37,168 bases of DNA from NCBI GenBank assembly GCA_039798785.1, contig JBDKFG010000049.1:1-37168 (forward strand), written 5' to 3'. The notes beneath the pieces are model-generated. The model made no database searches. It saw nothing but the letters and a program-made list of their open reading frames with translations, and was not told the origin of the DNA. This document shows, piece after piece, positions 36,610 to 37,168 of the stretch (within the stretch, counting starts at the first letter, position 1; each line of letters opens with the position of its first letter). Source of the stretch: Verrucomicrobiota bacterium. GTDB lineage: Bacteria; Verrucomicrobiota; Lentisphaeria; Lentisphaerales; Lentisphaeraceae. A program made the translations under genes and the position numbers.

Positions 36610-37168
36610 ATGCGGACCGGTTTCCTCCCGATTCTGGCAGCGCTCCTGTTCGTCCTCTCCTGCGGCTCCCGTCAGGAGTCGAGGCACGAGCCTTCCCTCG
36701 TATACGTCAGCGGCGGATCTGGCAGGATCCAGGCGTATTTCTACGATCAGGAGAGGGGGCTTCTTGAGCTTGCCAGTGAGTCCGACGGAGGCGCCAATCC
36801 CTCTTATCTGGCCTTCTCATCTGACGGCCGTTGGCTCTATGCCGTCAACAGCGGCGTCGGCGAGGGGCGTGTGCTCAGTTTCCGAGTCGATCGGAAGGAT
36901 GGCGCCTTGACTCGCGTATCCGGAGTTCCCAGCGGCGGCAAGGGGCCTTGCCATCTCAGCGTCCATCCTGGCGGCCGCTGGCTCTATGTCGCTCATTACG
37001 GCAGCGGCCACGTCTCGGTCTTGCCTTTGGGGCCGGATGGCTCACTGGGGCCGCCTCGGGAGTCTCACGTTGCCGGCGTCAAAGCTCATATGGCGATCAC
37101 CGACCCGGAGGGGCGTCATCTCCTCGTGCCGACTCTGGGACTTGACCAGGTTCAGGTTTACAGGATCG
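36610..37168 (+). CDS. Lactonase family beta-propeller lipoprotein (6-phosphogluconolactonase/YbhE-like), truncated by the window end
   Basis: Not in the ORF track (no stop). Translates MRTGFLPILAALLFVLSC (lipobox)...NPSYLAFSSDGRWLYAVN...GPCHLSV...AHYGSG...AHMAITDP...LGLDQV. Confidence 0.85.
   Translation, partial: MRTGFLPILAALLFVLSCGSRQESRHEPSLVYVSGGSGRIQAYFYDQERGLLELASESDGGANPSYLAFSSDGRWLYAVNSGVGEGRVLSFRVDRKDGALTRVSGVPSGGKGPCHLSVHPGGRWLYVAHYGSGHVSVLPLGPDGSLGPPRESHVAGVKAHMAITDPEGRHLLVPTLGLDQVQVYRI

Overview
High-GC window that looks like a PVC-superphylum bacterium (inferred from the DUF1501, PSD1/planctomycete-cytochrome and H-X9-DG-like proteins). About 30 genes are recognisable: an HDAC-family deacetylase coupled to a CoA-transferase-GNAT fusion, an Rpn-like PD-(D/E)XK nuclease, two DUF1501 genes, a PSD1/cytochrome c/LamG lipoprotein, ilvD, a signalling block (REC-kinase, Hpt, and a sigma54-promoted LysM-REC-TPR-FlgN-like-FleS-like-FleR-like operon), a flavoprotein, a REC-Ser/Thr kinase, oppDF, Sel1-YraN-MutS-like genes, HMG-CoA lyase, tRNA-Gln(TTG) and a truncated lactonase. 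The standout region is 9070-12540. There a ~3.2 kb segment carrying two paralogous orphan membrane-protein genes lies between intact ilvD and a decayed 123-bp copy of the ilvD 3' end that still has a terminator. Inside it is a 138-bp MITE (19-bp TIRs, 7-bp TSD) containing a GTAG-type REP doublet, and an internally deleted class C group II intron sits exactly in the CTA|C of one REP arm. A second MITE (8-bp TSD) and a family of elements bounded by inverted GTTGAAAG octamer arrays occur elsewhere. All calls come from reading motifs by eye; no database searches were run.
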